NCBI GenBank assembly: GCA_951406725.2
Contig: OX597831.1
Span: 31,496,001-31,560,000 of the forward strand
Source: Octopus vulgaris
Lineage: Eukaryota
Reading direction: 5' to 3'
DNA length: 64,000 nt
Of the stretch, positions 52,486-64,000 are shown piece by piece. The number at the start of each line of letters is the position of its first letter. Within the stretch, counting starts at the first letter, position 1. The notes under the pieces were generated by a model. It saw only the letters and a program-made list of their open reading frames with translations. It did no database searches and had not been told where the DNA came from. The position numbers and the translations under genes are program-made.

Positions 52486-52962
52486 CAGTGGTTTTTGATT
52501 GGTATTCATATGGCCCTTGGAGGGGTGTCATATAAGATTTTGTTGTTAAAATTTATAAGCAATAAATTGTTTATACTTTTATAATACACAAAATATTTTA
52601 ACAATCATTTTATACTATTCCTAAAAATATTTACTTCATTTTTGCATTTGATTTGCAAGATTCTTGGTAACAATTCATGTATTGAAACAAATTCCATTAT
52701 ATCTTGGGAGATTGTTTAACCAACACATTAAACAAATGATTAATTGGTTAGATACTTAACCAATTGACTATCAATAGAGAAGTGGAATGGAACCTGTGCA
52801 TGTGTTATTATTGGTGTAGCAAAATAATATTTAACCATAAAAATTTAGGATATTTGTTTTATATACACACACACACACACACATCAAATGGCTGTGGTGG
52901 TCTTGTAGAGTAAAACATGAATGAAAGAGGTCCAAAAGCAAAAAAGTGGTTGAGAACCATTG
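52486..52962. mobile_element. Older hAT-like MITE
   Basis: Degenerate termini cagtggttttt and ttgagaaccattg. No TSD is recognisable. Confidence 0.45.
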
Positions 52963-53726
52963 ATGTACTGTATCAGGGACTTGCCATAAAGGTGGATTAT
53001 ATTAAAGACTGATCTTACTGGCAGTCCAGGACTGCGTTGGGACCAGTCATAAATGTGGTTTTCACTACAAACTGTGATAAGATAACAAAAAATAAAAATG
53101 GAGAAGTGTGAACTATAGGGTTAAACTAAATGGGCTTTTTTATGTTTGTTTCAATGCAGTTGAATAATGTATATGTGTGTTGAAATAAACTAAAGTACCA
53201 GTGGACTACTGAGGTAAATTTTAGATTCCTACAAAGAAACTTGTGAACGCACGTGGCCCAGTGGTTAAACATGTTGCACTCATGTTCATAAAGTTGTGGT
53301 TTCAATTCCCAGACCAGCTGCATGTTGTGTTCTTTAGCAAAACACTTTCGCATTGCTCCAGTTCACCCAGCTGTAAATGGGCCACCCTGTGATAGAAGAG
53401 CCTTCCAATCGGGGGGGGGGGGGCATGTCGACCTGCTCGCCTAGCCAGCAGGGTGGCATCATTTAAAAGCTAAAATTATACAAAGTGCATTGTGATCAGC
53501 GTTGTATAACAGTGATGACATGATAAAGAAACTTAGTTGTGAATGGAAGTATTATAGGAAACAAGAAATCTGTGTACATAATAAATCAGTTTTTTCCCTT
53601 TAATTAAATGTGAAAGTAGCCTATTTTACGTGTGCGTGTGTGTATGTTTGTGTGCGTGTGTATGGGCATGTGTGTGTCTGTATGTGTGGGAAGATATAAG
53701 AATAATGATACAAACTGCATGTGTAT

Positions 53727-53765
<39 letters not shown>

Positions 53766-54193
53766 GGTATATAAGAGGAGAGGCTTTATAGGTTTTGTAA
53801 AACATTCTGTGTGTGTGTGTGTGTGTGTGTATGGTGTGCACACGTGTGTTCCTATATGGGATGTAATACATGTTTCACCTCGTCCCACACCTCTACACCC
53901 ATCAGTCCACATATTAATTGGCTTCACATAGATTTAGTTAATAAGCATGTGTTACTTGTTGTTAATTTTTTTATTTTTTTTGTCCAATATTCTCTCTCAC
54001 ACTGCCATCTTTGAACATACACATGCACTGTGTGTGTGTGTGTGTGTGTGTGTGTCAACATACACATACATTACTATATTCATTTTCTAACACATGTATC
54101 TGTGTGTGGAGAGAGAGAGAGAGAGTGAGATGTCATGTATATAAACACACATATATATATATGTCTGAGTGTGTGTGTATGTATATATGTCTG

Positions 54194-54238
<45 letters not shown>

Positions 54239-54260
54239 GCACACTCAGACATATATACAT

Positions 54261-54301
<41 letters not shown>

Positions 54302-56279
54302 AAGACACGGATTTATACAAAATGTGCATGTATGCACATGTGTGTGTGTGTGTGTGTGTGTGTGCATGCAATGACATATAACTTGTCTTCTCTTCCTCCT
54401 CATCCTCCATTTCACTGAAAGATGTCACAGACTCTCATTGTTTGCCTTATAAGGAGAAAGACTTGGGTCAAATAAAACTTGTTTATTCCAAAATGGTCAG
54501 GATACTGAGTGAGAGAAAAGGTCTTTCTTAGGCAAATATGGGGCACAGGTATGGCTGTGTGGTTAACAAATTTGCTTTACAAGTCCATGGTTTCAGGTTC
54601 AATCTCACTGCAAGCCAATACCATGTGAGTTTAATTTGATTTGTGTGTGTGTGTGTGTGTAATGGAGGCATTGGTGAAGAAGTTCCCTTTGTGGCCACTA
54701 TGTCTCAAATGTCATTTTCCACAACATTGGATCAGTCCATACCTTGTAATTAAAAGTGGATAGGTATGGAAACTGTGTAGGATCCTGTTGGTGGGATTGC
54801 ACCTGTAATTTTGGTGTATTGGAAAAAGGATGACCTGAAGATAAACACGTTTTTGACTAGTCACTTCCTTTGAATCTTTCCTTTATATTCTGAAGATGGT
54901 ATCCCAGCATCTAGTCTTTAAATGTATCTAAAATAGGGACCAAGTCATCATCATCATCTTCATTTAACATCCGCTTTCCATGCTAGCATGGGTTGGACGT
55001 ATGACTGAAGGCTGGTGAACCAGATAGCTGCACCAGGCTTCAATCTTGATCTGGCAGGGTTTCTACAGCTGGATGCTCTTCCTAACGCCAACATGCCACC
55101 GGCACGGGGCCAATCAGGCGGCACTGGCAACGACCTCGCTCAAATCTTTTACACATGCCACCGGTGCGGCTGCCAGTCAGGCGATGCTAGTAACGATCAC
55201 ACTCGAATGGTGTTTTTTACATTTCTTATTTATTTTTTTGTCCTTGTTTCGATAACAACACTATATTGAATGATTGGAGCACAGCTTTATGTGGTCAGTT
55301 TGGTCCATGTTGCATTTGGATTGAAGTGAAACTAACAAAAGCAGGAGAAGTCAACAACAACAAAAAGAAACTTAAGTAGTTCTTGGGAACAGTTGGTGAT
55401 TTCTTCTTTCAGAGTAATTCTGCTTTTGTGTTGTTGTTACTTTTCCTTTGTGTATATGTGCGTAGGTGTGTGCATGCATGTATGCGTAATAGATGTACAC
55501 ACACACATACACACATGCACACACACACGTTCGTTTGCTTTGGAAGTATAAACTTCACTCCCAAGTTCCTCTTTTTCCACTTGGAACAAACAAAGGAAAT
55601 GAAACTTCAGTTTCCTATGAATTTCTAAAATAAACTCCGTGACACGATTTTGACTAGTCACTTCCTTTGAATATTTCCTTAATATTCTGAAGATAGCATC
55701 CCAGCATGGCCACAATCCAACGGCTGAAACCTATCTCACAATTCATACACTCCACACACACATGTATGTGTGTGTTGGGTGTATGAATTGCTGGTATTAG
55801 GTGAACATTTTGACTGGATCCAACAAGTTGGAAAAATGTGTGTGTGTCTGTGTGTATGTTTATCTATCTATCCACATACACACACACACATATTAATTGT
55901 AAGATTCATTGGATTCTAGGCACATCAAGATGTAGGCTGCCAGAAATGGCTAGGCACAATAACTTAGGGTTCACAGTGAAGTAGTGTTGGTAGGATATTG
56001 CAGGTATGTTGATATATAAGTCCGAAATCCAATTTAAACCATAGATCCAACTGAGGGTTAGACAGAAAGAGGGAGAATATGTATAATGTTAATGTAGAAA
56101 GAAGAGTTAAAAAGTATTGAATGCAGAAATAATAATAATAACAATAATAATGATAATAATAATAATAATGAGATTTCTACATTTATTGGAAATTGGGTTT
56201 ACCTTTTATCCTTGTTTCATTTCTTGTTATCACTTTTCTTTCTTTTTACAAATCTGTCTGCCATTTCTTTGTCTTTCAG

Positions 56280-56485
56280 TTGGAATATGAACAGAGTAGG
56301 GAGTTTTCACACCTCATGTGGGAGACACATAAAGTACGAGTTATCAAGTCTGGCACACTCAGTAAGTTGGTGGAGAGTTTGGTTACTGTGAAAGGAGAGA
56401 TGGACTCGTGTTATGTGAATGTCTTCCTGGCCACTTACAGGACCTTTGCTACCCCGCACCAGGTACTCAACCTACTCATTGAAAG
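56280..56485 (+). CDS. Rgl: RalGDS/RGL exon, start of RasGEF N-terminal (REM) domain
   Basis: TTTCAG acceptor, 206 nt in phase 0/2, GTAAAT donor. Encodes LEYEQSREFSHLMWETHKVRVIKSGTLSKLVESLV...DSCYVNVFLATYRTFATPHQVLNLLIER, with the REM signatures IKxGTLxKLV and FLxTYRxF. Confidence 0.95.
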
Positions 56486-57284
56486 GTAAATATTACATCT
56501 CTTTTTTTTTTTAACCTCTTTGACTTTTACTCTATTTGTTTGTTCTTTTATTCTATGTCCATTTTTGACACGATGTGGCATCCACAGTTTCCTAGCAATA
56601 GCAGCTAAATTTCCCACAGTTCAGCCTCTCTAGTATTGGTACAATGAGAAATTGTAACCAGTACATTCTGTAGAATGTTTGGTGTTAGGAAGGACATCTA
56701 GCCATAGAAACCAATCCAAAATAACACATACAAGCACCAGTCTATGAGAGCAGTGGCTCTCAGTAAGAACTGATTCAGATTAGGACAACCCATCCAACCC
56801 ATGCCAGAGTAGAAAGCAGATGTAAAATGATAATAATGATGACAACAACATCTTATTGTCTTAAAAAGAAGAAAGAAAACATTAGATAATGTCTTGGATA
56901 TAGAAACGGTTGTGATGGTCATGGCAGGAACCGTCTTTGATCATGGGTCTGTTTGATCAGGGTTACCTTAAGACTGAGTAACAACAAAAATGTAGAGATA
57001 CCTATGTCTTGTATATCTAGCAAGTTATCCATAACAAATTGTTGTCTGTCTCTTGTCTGCTGAATATTTTGCTGTTGAAAGTCTGTCATTCTGAGAGTTG
57101 TGGTTAAGTGATTGATTTCTTTATTGATCTGTCTTTTAGTTTTTATTGAAGAGACAACATACCGAGTATCGTTTAACTGGTTATTTATTGACTTGTTTCT
57201 GTTGTTCAAGAAACAACATACCAACAACTGTTGTTGATAAATGAAGATGATAATAATGATGAAGATAAAATCTCTCTTTTACTC

Positions 57285-57316
<32 letters not shown>

Positions 57317-57343
57317 TTGCTCTATATATCTGTCTTCCAACCC

Positions 57344-57390
<47 letters not shown>

Positions 57391-57410
57391 GTTCCTTTTA
57401 TTTCCACCAG

Positions 57411-57470
57411 GTACAAGATTCTCAAGTCTGAAGACAAAGAGAAAACAGAACTGCATGATGTACAGCTGAA
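57411..57470 (+). CDS. Rgl: RalGDS/RGL short internal exon (R-YKILKSEDKEKTELHDVQL-K)
   Basis: CCACCAG acceptor, 60 nt in phase 2/2, GTGAGT donor. It keeps the reading frame between the flanking exons. Confidence 0.88.
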
Positions 57471-59043
57471 GTGAGTTTTCCTTCCTCTTCAATATATTGA
57501 CCCCCCAGCAGCCCCCATTTTCAGAGTTGATCTCTAGATTTCACTGGACCCTAACCTTCGCCAAGACAGCAAATTAGATTGACCCCCCCTACAGCTGTTT
57601 TATGTAATTTTTAACTGTTTCAATCCTTCCCTCAACACACACATATCTCCCACTGCCTTCATCATTCCATACAATAAACCCTATCATGGTACCATTCTAT
57701 GGGGTACTTATCTTGGTGTAGGCGTACCATATCTGGAGTACAGAGTTTGTGGATATTTGGTTGAACAAGTAGTTTCTCTACCTAACATGGGTCTGTTGTG
57801 GCTAGACGGGAGACGAACAACAGCAGCAAGAAGAACAACTATTATTACTACTAAAATTATCAATAGTAGTAGTAGTAGTAGTATAAAGTTGTATTATATT
57901 TTTAATTCTCAGTCTTCATCCATGATGCATCATACACACCCACACACATACTAATATTTCAGTGCAATCATTCACATACATGCACACACACACTCACACA
58001 CACACATACACACATGCATTTTGTGTGTATACATTAATAGATGCACGCATATGTATGTAGAAGTTTGGCTCTCACAGACACATTAGGATTTGGAGAATAT
58101 GTCTGAAGCAAGCAAGGCAGTAGCAGTGATGGTGGTTGCAGTCGTGGTGGTGGTACTGATTGTTCTGTATGTAAGGTTGACCTTTAAGTATTTTATTTGG
58201 TGGAATATAAGGAAAAAGTGTTTTGGGTACTAGACTAATCAGCTCTGTCCACCCACCCATCCACATCCTCTTGCCATGCATCCATCCACCCCTCTGAACA
58301 ATGTGTAAAGTTCGTTTGTTATCAGATAGCAGGGTGGGCAGCTGAAGGTAAGGGGGGGGAAATACATGTTACCACTGTCTCTCCCTCCCTCTCTCTCCCT
58401 CTCCCCTTTCTCTCTCTCTTTCTATTTCCCTCTTTTACCTTTCTCTCTCTTTCCCTCTACCTCTCCACCATTACTATCAATTTTCTTTCACCTTTCTGTC
58501 TCTTTCTCTCTCTCTCTCTCCTATCTTTCCTTCATGTTTTCTCCCCCCAGTTTGTTGCTTTTTTTCTCTCCCCATTTCTTTCATTTCGCTTCTTTCATTC
58601 AACCCTTTCATGTTTGTTTTTTTTTCCTTCAAAAGACATTACTCCCTCCCCCACCACCACCACCAACAACAACAACAGCAACAATTATAAGACTAGAGTC
58701 CACCAATCACAGTTTGGTTGGTAACTTGTGGTGGTTGTCATAGGAATTACTCTTCTGTTCATATATATGAAAAACAAGGCCTAACCAGAATCCCCCCATC
58801 CCCCACCCCCATGTACACCCCACTTTCTCTATTTACAGTTGAAGTTCATTCAGAATGTTTTTGTTATTGTTGTTGCTCTCTTTTTTTAACTAACATAATG
58901 TGAAGGTTTTGTGAGTGCTACTTGTCCAACATTCACACATTACAAACATTTCTTTAGTACTTATTCTGTCAGTTTCTTTTGCCAAACTGCTAAGTTACAA
59001 GAACATAAACTCTCCAACACTGGTTGTCAAGTGGTGATAGTGA

Positions 59044-59082
<39 letters not shown>

Positions 59083-59479
59083 CAGCCTTCTTTCAGTTTC
59101 CATGTACCGAATCCACTTGCAAGATTTTGGTCGGCCTGAGGCTATAGTAGGAGAACCTGCCCACGGTGCCACGCAGTGGGACTGAACTCAGCACCCTGCT
59201 GTCAGGATGAATTTAGCTCATCTTTATTAGTAATTATATTTGTTTCAGTGCCATTCCTGTTTTTAAGTCGTTTGCATGTACATGAGTTCATGTGAAAAGT
59301 TACACAATATTTGCACTCGATTCTACTGGAATGGCACTTCATCAAACTGGCATTGAGAGGTACAGTGTGTGTGTGTAAGATACACATTCATTTCTAATAT
59401 ATATATATTTTATTTTATAATTTTTAAGGTTATTCAGTCCTCATTTCAAGATGTAATAGAATGGTTAATAAAAGAGTAA

Positions 59480-59833
59480 TCTCTATATATATGAACGGCA
59501 AAATATCTGTGTGTGTGTGTCCTTTATACAAATCCACAATTTTTCAGTTAGAGGGCTCACACTTTCTATGGTCATTCAAAACCGTCCAAGGGTGGTCGTG
59601 CATATCTTTACATTTCCCCAGTCGCCTCGCAAAGCCATTAAAAAAATCAATAGAAGTGACTTTTTCATGAATTTTCTATCCAAAACCCAATCAAAATGCC
59701 CGAAACTTGATACGCCAATTGAATGCCAGCTAGCTGTATGTGATTGGTCAGAGATTTGGACAGTACTTGCGTGTTTGTGTGCATGCACGCTGCTGTATAC
59801 GCATGCACTAGCGTTGCCAGGTCATAGTGCTAG
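59480..59833 (+). mobile_element. Non-autonomous Helitron (different family)
   Basis: A|TCTCTATATATATGAA start, degenerate subterminal gcgttgccagg hairpin and CTAG|T end. Confidence 0.75.
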
Positions 59834-60492
59834 TTCATTATAAAACAGTGGCTAGGAACAGATAAAAGAATAGCTGAATGGGTGACAGAATGGTCATTTG
59901 CGAAGGGGTTTTATGGTAAGACATCCACCCACTCACATGGAGTAAATTAGTGAAATGATTTAAATTTGTACAATAAATTATAAGGCTAAACTGGTAATAA
60001 TGCTGTCTAATGGTTATCATGCTTAATTGGTTAGTAGGAGATGTTGGTTCAATTCCTGTTGAAGAATTCATATTACTTTTAAATTTCCATACTCATGTGT
60101 GTATATGCAATTACATAGATTCACAGACATATATATGTTGTATATATATATGTGTGTGTGTGTATGTATGAGCATATATATTATACAAAGTATCATATGA
60201 TCTTGGAAGTTGCAACTTAAGTTTCATGTACAGAGAAAGGTACCTGAATAGGCTTAGTTCAAGCTGTCACTACTTTCTCCTCCAATCTTCAGGTTATAGC
60301 TTAAGACAGTCATTGGTCACATCAACATTAACTGGACAAACTCTTTTACAGGTATTGAGTTCTTTTTCTCTCCTCTAAAAATCAAAATGTATGTGTGATG
60401 TTGAAAATATATTTGCTTGCACTGCACCATTTCTTTATATGCTGTCACCATAGAAATACATATATACATTTTTTGTTTTTTCTTGATACCAG

Positions 60493-60677
60493 AACAATAA
60501 AGTCTGTGATCTCAGTATGGCTCGATACATATCCAGAAGATTTCCGAGAGGATCCAGATTATCCATGTCTGCAGATGCTGGAGAAATTTGCTCAAGAATG
60601 TATGGAAGACAGGGACCTGGCATTTCGGGCCAAACACAAGGAGGAAAGATTCCGGAAAGAAGCTCAGCAAAATAGAG
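60493..60677 (+). CDS. Rgl: RalGDS/RGL exon, end of REM domain (TIKSVISVWLDTYPEDF...)
   Basis: ACCAG acceptor, 185 nt in phase 2/1, G|GTTGGT donor. WLDxYPEDF is the typical C-terminal REM motif. No CDC25 or RA exons are seen, so they presumably lie beyond the window. Confidence 0.93.
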
Positions 60678-60721
60678 GTTGGTTATCTTTACTGTAATCA
60701 TCATCAGCAGCAGCACCACCA

Positions 60722-61045
60722 CCATCATCATCATTATCATTTAACATCTGCTTTCCATGCTGGCATGAGTTGGACGGTTTGACTGAGGACTGGCAAGCCA
60801 GGAGGCTGTGCCAGGCTCCAATCTGATCTGGCAGAGTTTCTGCAGCTGGATGCCCTTCCTAATGCCAACCACCCCAAGAGGGTAGTGGATGCTTTTTACG
60901 TGCCACCGGCATGGGGGCCAGTCAAGTGGCACTGGCATTGACCACAAACAGATGGTGCTTTTTACGTGCCACCGGCATGGGGGCCAGTCAGGGAGTACTG
61001 GCAACGACCACGCTTGAATGGTGCTTTTTACATGCCACTGGCACA
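60722..61045 (-). mobile_element. RTE 3' UTR fragment in RGL intron
   Basis: Reverse complement of the tail seen at 15760-15951. Similar fragments occur near 14850-15003, 26708-26803, 28490-28603, 51150-51370, 54946-55220 and 56680-56840. Confidence 0.75.
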
Positions 61046-62644
61046 TGTTCAATATTCATTACTGTACAAATCAATACATTATTGCAATTATTATTATTGT
61101 GTGTGTGTGTGTGTGTACGTAATTGCAGGCACATATATGTTGCTAAGACTGCATATGGAATCTCATATAATCTTATTGTGTGTGTGTGTGTGGGCATGTG
61201 GTTAGCATTAAAAATATTGCTTTAGGAAAGTAACTTCATCCTTCAGCAGGATTTGTAAGTTGACATTTGGATATGTGTAGGTGTGTCTGTGTGTGTGTGC
61301 CTGTCAATGTGTGTGTGTGTCTTTGTGCCTGCCAATGTATGTGTGTGTATGTGTATTTTTGTGATGGTTCATCTTTCTATTTTTCTTGTCCCCGCCTACT
61401 GAACCATTTCAGCCTTACTCCCTCCTAATTCCATTTCCCCTCAGCCACTCTGTTCATGGCTGAATTATGAAGGGAACATCCAAACACCCCCACACACACA
61501 CACATACACTGCCTCCTCTTCTCCCTTTCTCTTACACTCCCCCACCCCCATACAGCTCATCGCTTTCCTCAAACCACTTCTTACATTGGTTAGCCTCCTC
61601 TTTTCTCACCACCACCAACGCCACATTGTACACCACCATCACAAACATATTAGCATCAACAGTACCACCACCAGAGGGAGCTTCTGCATAGTTGCTCAAC
61701 CCACTAGAAATAGCAGCCAAATCTCCCTCAAATTATGCACTATTATTTAAGAGACAGTGAATGAATTGGACCTGCCCCCCTCCCTCCACTCTTGACTATG
61801 CAAAAATATGGATGGTTATAACTGGAATACTTTTGATCATATGTCCGCTCAATAAGGATAGACCTTGGGGGAGGGGACTAAACATCAAAAATAACTACCA
61901 CTACTAACAACTTATGGTGGATTTGAACTCACGAATCCTGAGCTTACTATTCAACTACCTTAACCAATGATTACTGTTACAGCTTCTTGAGTAATTAACT
62001 TGATTAATTATTTAATTGTTGAGCACTTTCCTGCTGTTTAATAAAGCCAACAAGGTTAGACCTCTGTGTGATCACTAGCCTTGCTAGAAACAGAAGATAA
62101 ACCTCCCTCAAATGACACTGTCATCATCATAACAACATCCGCTTTTCCATACTTACTTGGGTCGCACGAGATGTTGAGGCAAAATTTCTATGGCTGGATA
62201 CTCTTCCTGTTGCCAACTCTCATTTGTTTCTGAGCAAAGAAATGTTCCCCCTCCCCACCGAATAAGGTACCTGCCCAAAATCCAAATCCAATGATAATGA
62301 TAATAATGTTGAGACTAAATTTCTATGGCAAAAGGCCAGCAAGTTCAGGTAGGGGGTTATTCAATTACATCGACTCCAATACTCAACTGGGGTCTATTTT
62401 ATCAATCCCAAAGGACCCCAGTGGAATTTGAACTCAGAACGTAAAGACACATGAAATGCTGCTTCTGCCTTAACAATGACAATGATGATGATGATAATAA
62501 TAATAATCCTTTCTTTTAAGGTGCAAAAAGCCTGAAATTTTGCTGGAGGTGGGGGCTAGTTGATTACATTGACCCCAGTGTGTAACTGGTACTTCTTTCA
62601 TTGACTTTGAAAGGATGAAAGGCAAAGCCAACCTTGCTGTAATT

Positions 62645-62863
62645 CAGTGGTTTTCAACCAGGGTTCTGCGGAACCTTACGGTTCTGCCAGTACAGTCCAG
62701 GGGTTCCGCAAGAAGTTACAAAACTGCTAAAATTGGCAGTAATTTTTAATTCTCCTGTGCAGATATGTGTGCATAAGACTATTAAATTATTGCACAGGCG
62801 TTCCTTGAGCCAGTGGAATGTTTCCTTTGGGTTCCGCTCCAGCAAAAAGTTTGAAAAGCACTG
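62645..62863. mobile_element. hAT (Charlie-like) MITE with 8-bp TSD, nested in a minus-strand family B SINE
   Basis: TIRs CAGTGGTTTTCAA and TTGAAAAGCACTG. CTGTAATT occurs at 62637-62644 and 62864-62871. Confidence 0.9.
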
Positions 62864-63585
62864 CTGTAATTTGAACTCAGAATGTCAAACTGGAAGAGAT
62901 GCTGCTAAGCATTTTGTCCAGCATTCTAACCACTCTGCCAGCTCACTGCCTCAGTAATAATAATAATAAGAAGAAGAATCCTTTCTACTGAAGGCACAAG
63001 GCCTGAAGTTTGGGGAGGCGGAAAAACGGGGCTAATAATAATGATAAGCTCCAGCTTACCAGGGTCTTTTCCAACAGTTGAACAGCTTAGATGAGAAGTA
63101 AATAGGCTGCCATGTTGTTTGCCTCATTAATGTGGGGAGGAGTGGGGACCGAAGGGACTGACTACATTATCAGCATCACCATCACTATCACCATCTTTAC
63201 CTTCACCTCCATCAATATTAGTCATCATCCCCACCACCAATAACAGTATCATCATCATCATTATCATCACCGTTATTGACGTCAGTGGCTGGGGTGGTGT
63301 TGGAAGGCATACCCTTTGAAGTTGTACTGAATCATACTGCAGCATGCACTGGTACACGCACGCACATATGCACTCTGTAATTTACACGCATACGTGAACG
63401 CAAATGCGCATAAGCATAAACACTATATACATTACACACACACACATAATGTAGAATAAGACAATACATGATAGTGGCTGTGATCTATGTATATGTATAT
63501 ATGTATATGTGTATATGTATATATGTATATGTATATATGTGTATGTATATGTGTATATGTATATGTGTATATGTATATATATATA

Positions 63586-63629
<44 letters not shown>

Positions 63630-64000
63630 GCGTGTATTAAATTTTTAACATGGATATGTCTACACTAATAAGACTATGCCAACACTAATCTATATATACA
63701 TGTGTGTATATATTAAGTATTAAAACTAAGTTTGATATACAATAGTCAGAGTACCATAACATTTGTTAAAACTATCATTACTACTATGAATGTGTTGACA
63801 CTAACTTGGCCATTATTTCCCCGAGTATACAAAAACCCATATAAATGTGTGTGTGTGTGCGTGCGTGTGTTTATACAGACAAAGAGGGAACCCAGATAGA
63901 TTTCCCTCATCAAATCATCAATATTGTATACACACTGCACGCATGCGCGCGCACACACACAGGTATACATTTATATAAGTGTGTATGTATGTATATATAG

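Noticed and set aside
72-63970. Most ORFs in the track ([24 protein letters not shown] peptides)
   Set aside because: They are translations of di-, tri- and tetranucleotide microsatellites or of SINE bodies, with no coding signal.

Overview
This is AT-rich eukaryotic genomic DNA dense in microsatellites and SINEs. The repeat families suggest an octopod cephalopod (Octopus sp.), which is an inference. Almost all ORFs in the supplied track are microsatellite or repeat artefacts. The only recognisable host gene is the 5' part of a RalGDS/RGL-family RasGEF on the + strand: four frame-consistent exons at 48056-60677 encode the N-terminal/REM region, and a candidate first exon lies near 32.5 kb. 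The rest comprises tRNA-derived SINEs of at least four families, RTE and Tx1/L1-type LINE fragments, a decayed mariner, mariner- and hAT-type MITEs, two non-autonomous Helitrons, local duplications and long inverted repeats. The main findings are: (1) several unrelated short elements embedded in (TA)n tracts that carry type-I hammerhead ribozyme motifs of the Penelope/retrozyme kind, one with a fully canonical core at 13256-13346 (-); (2) a Tx1-like LINE sitting in (GATA)n whose 3' end matches the tail of an abundant SINE; (3) possible spliced divergent and antisense transcripts around the RGL 5' region.
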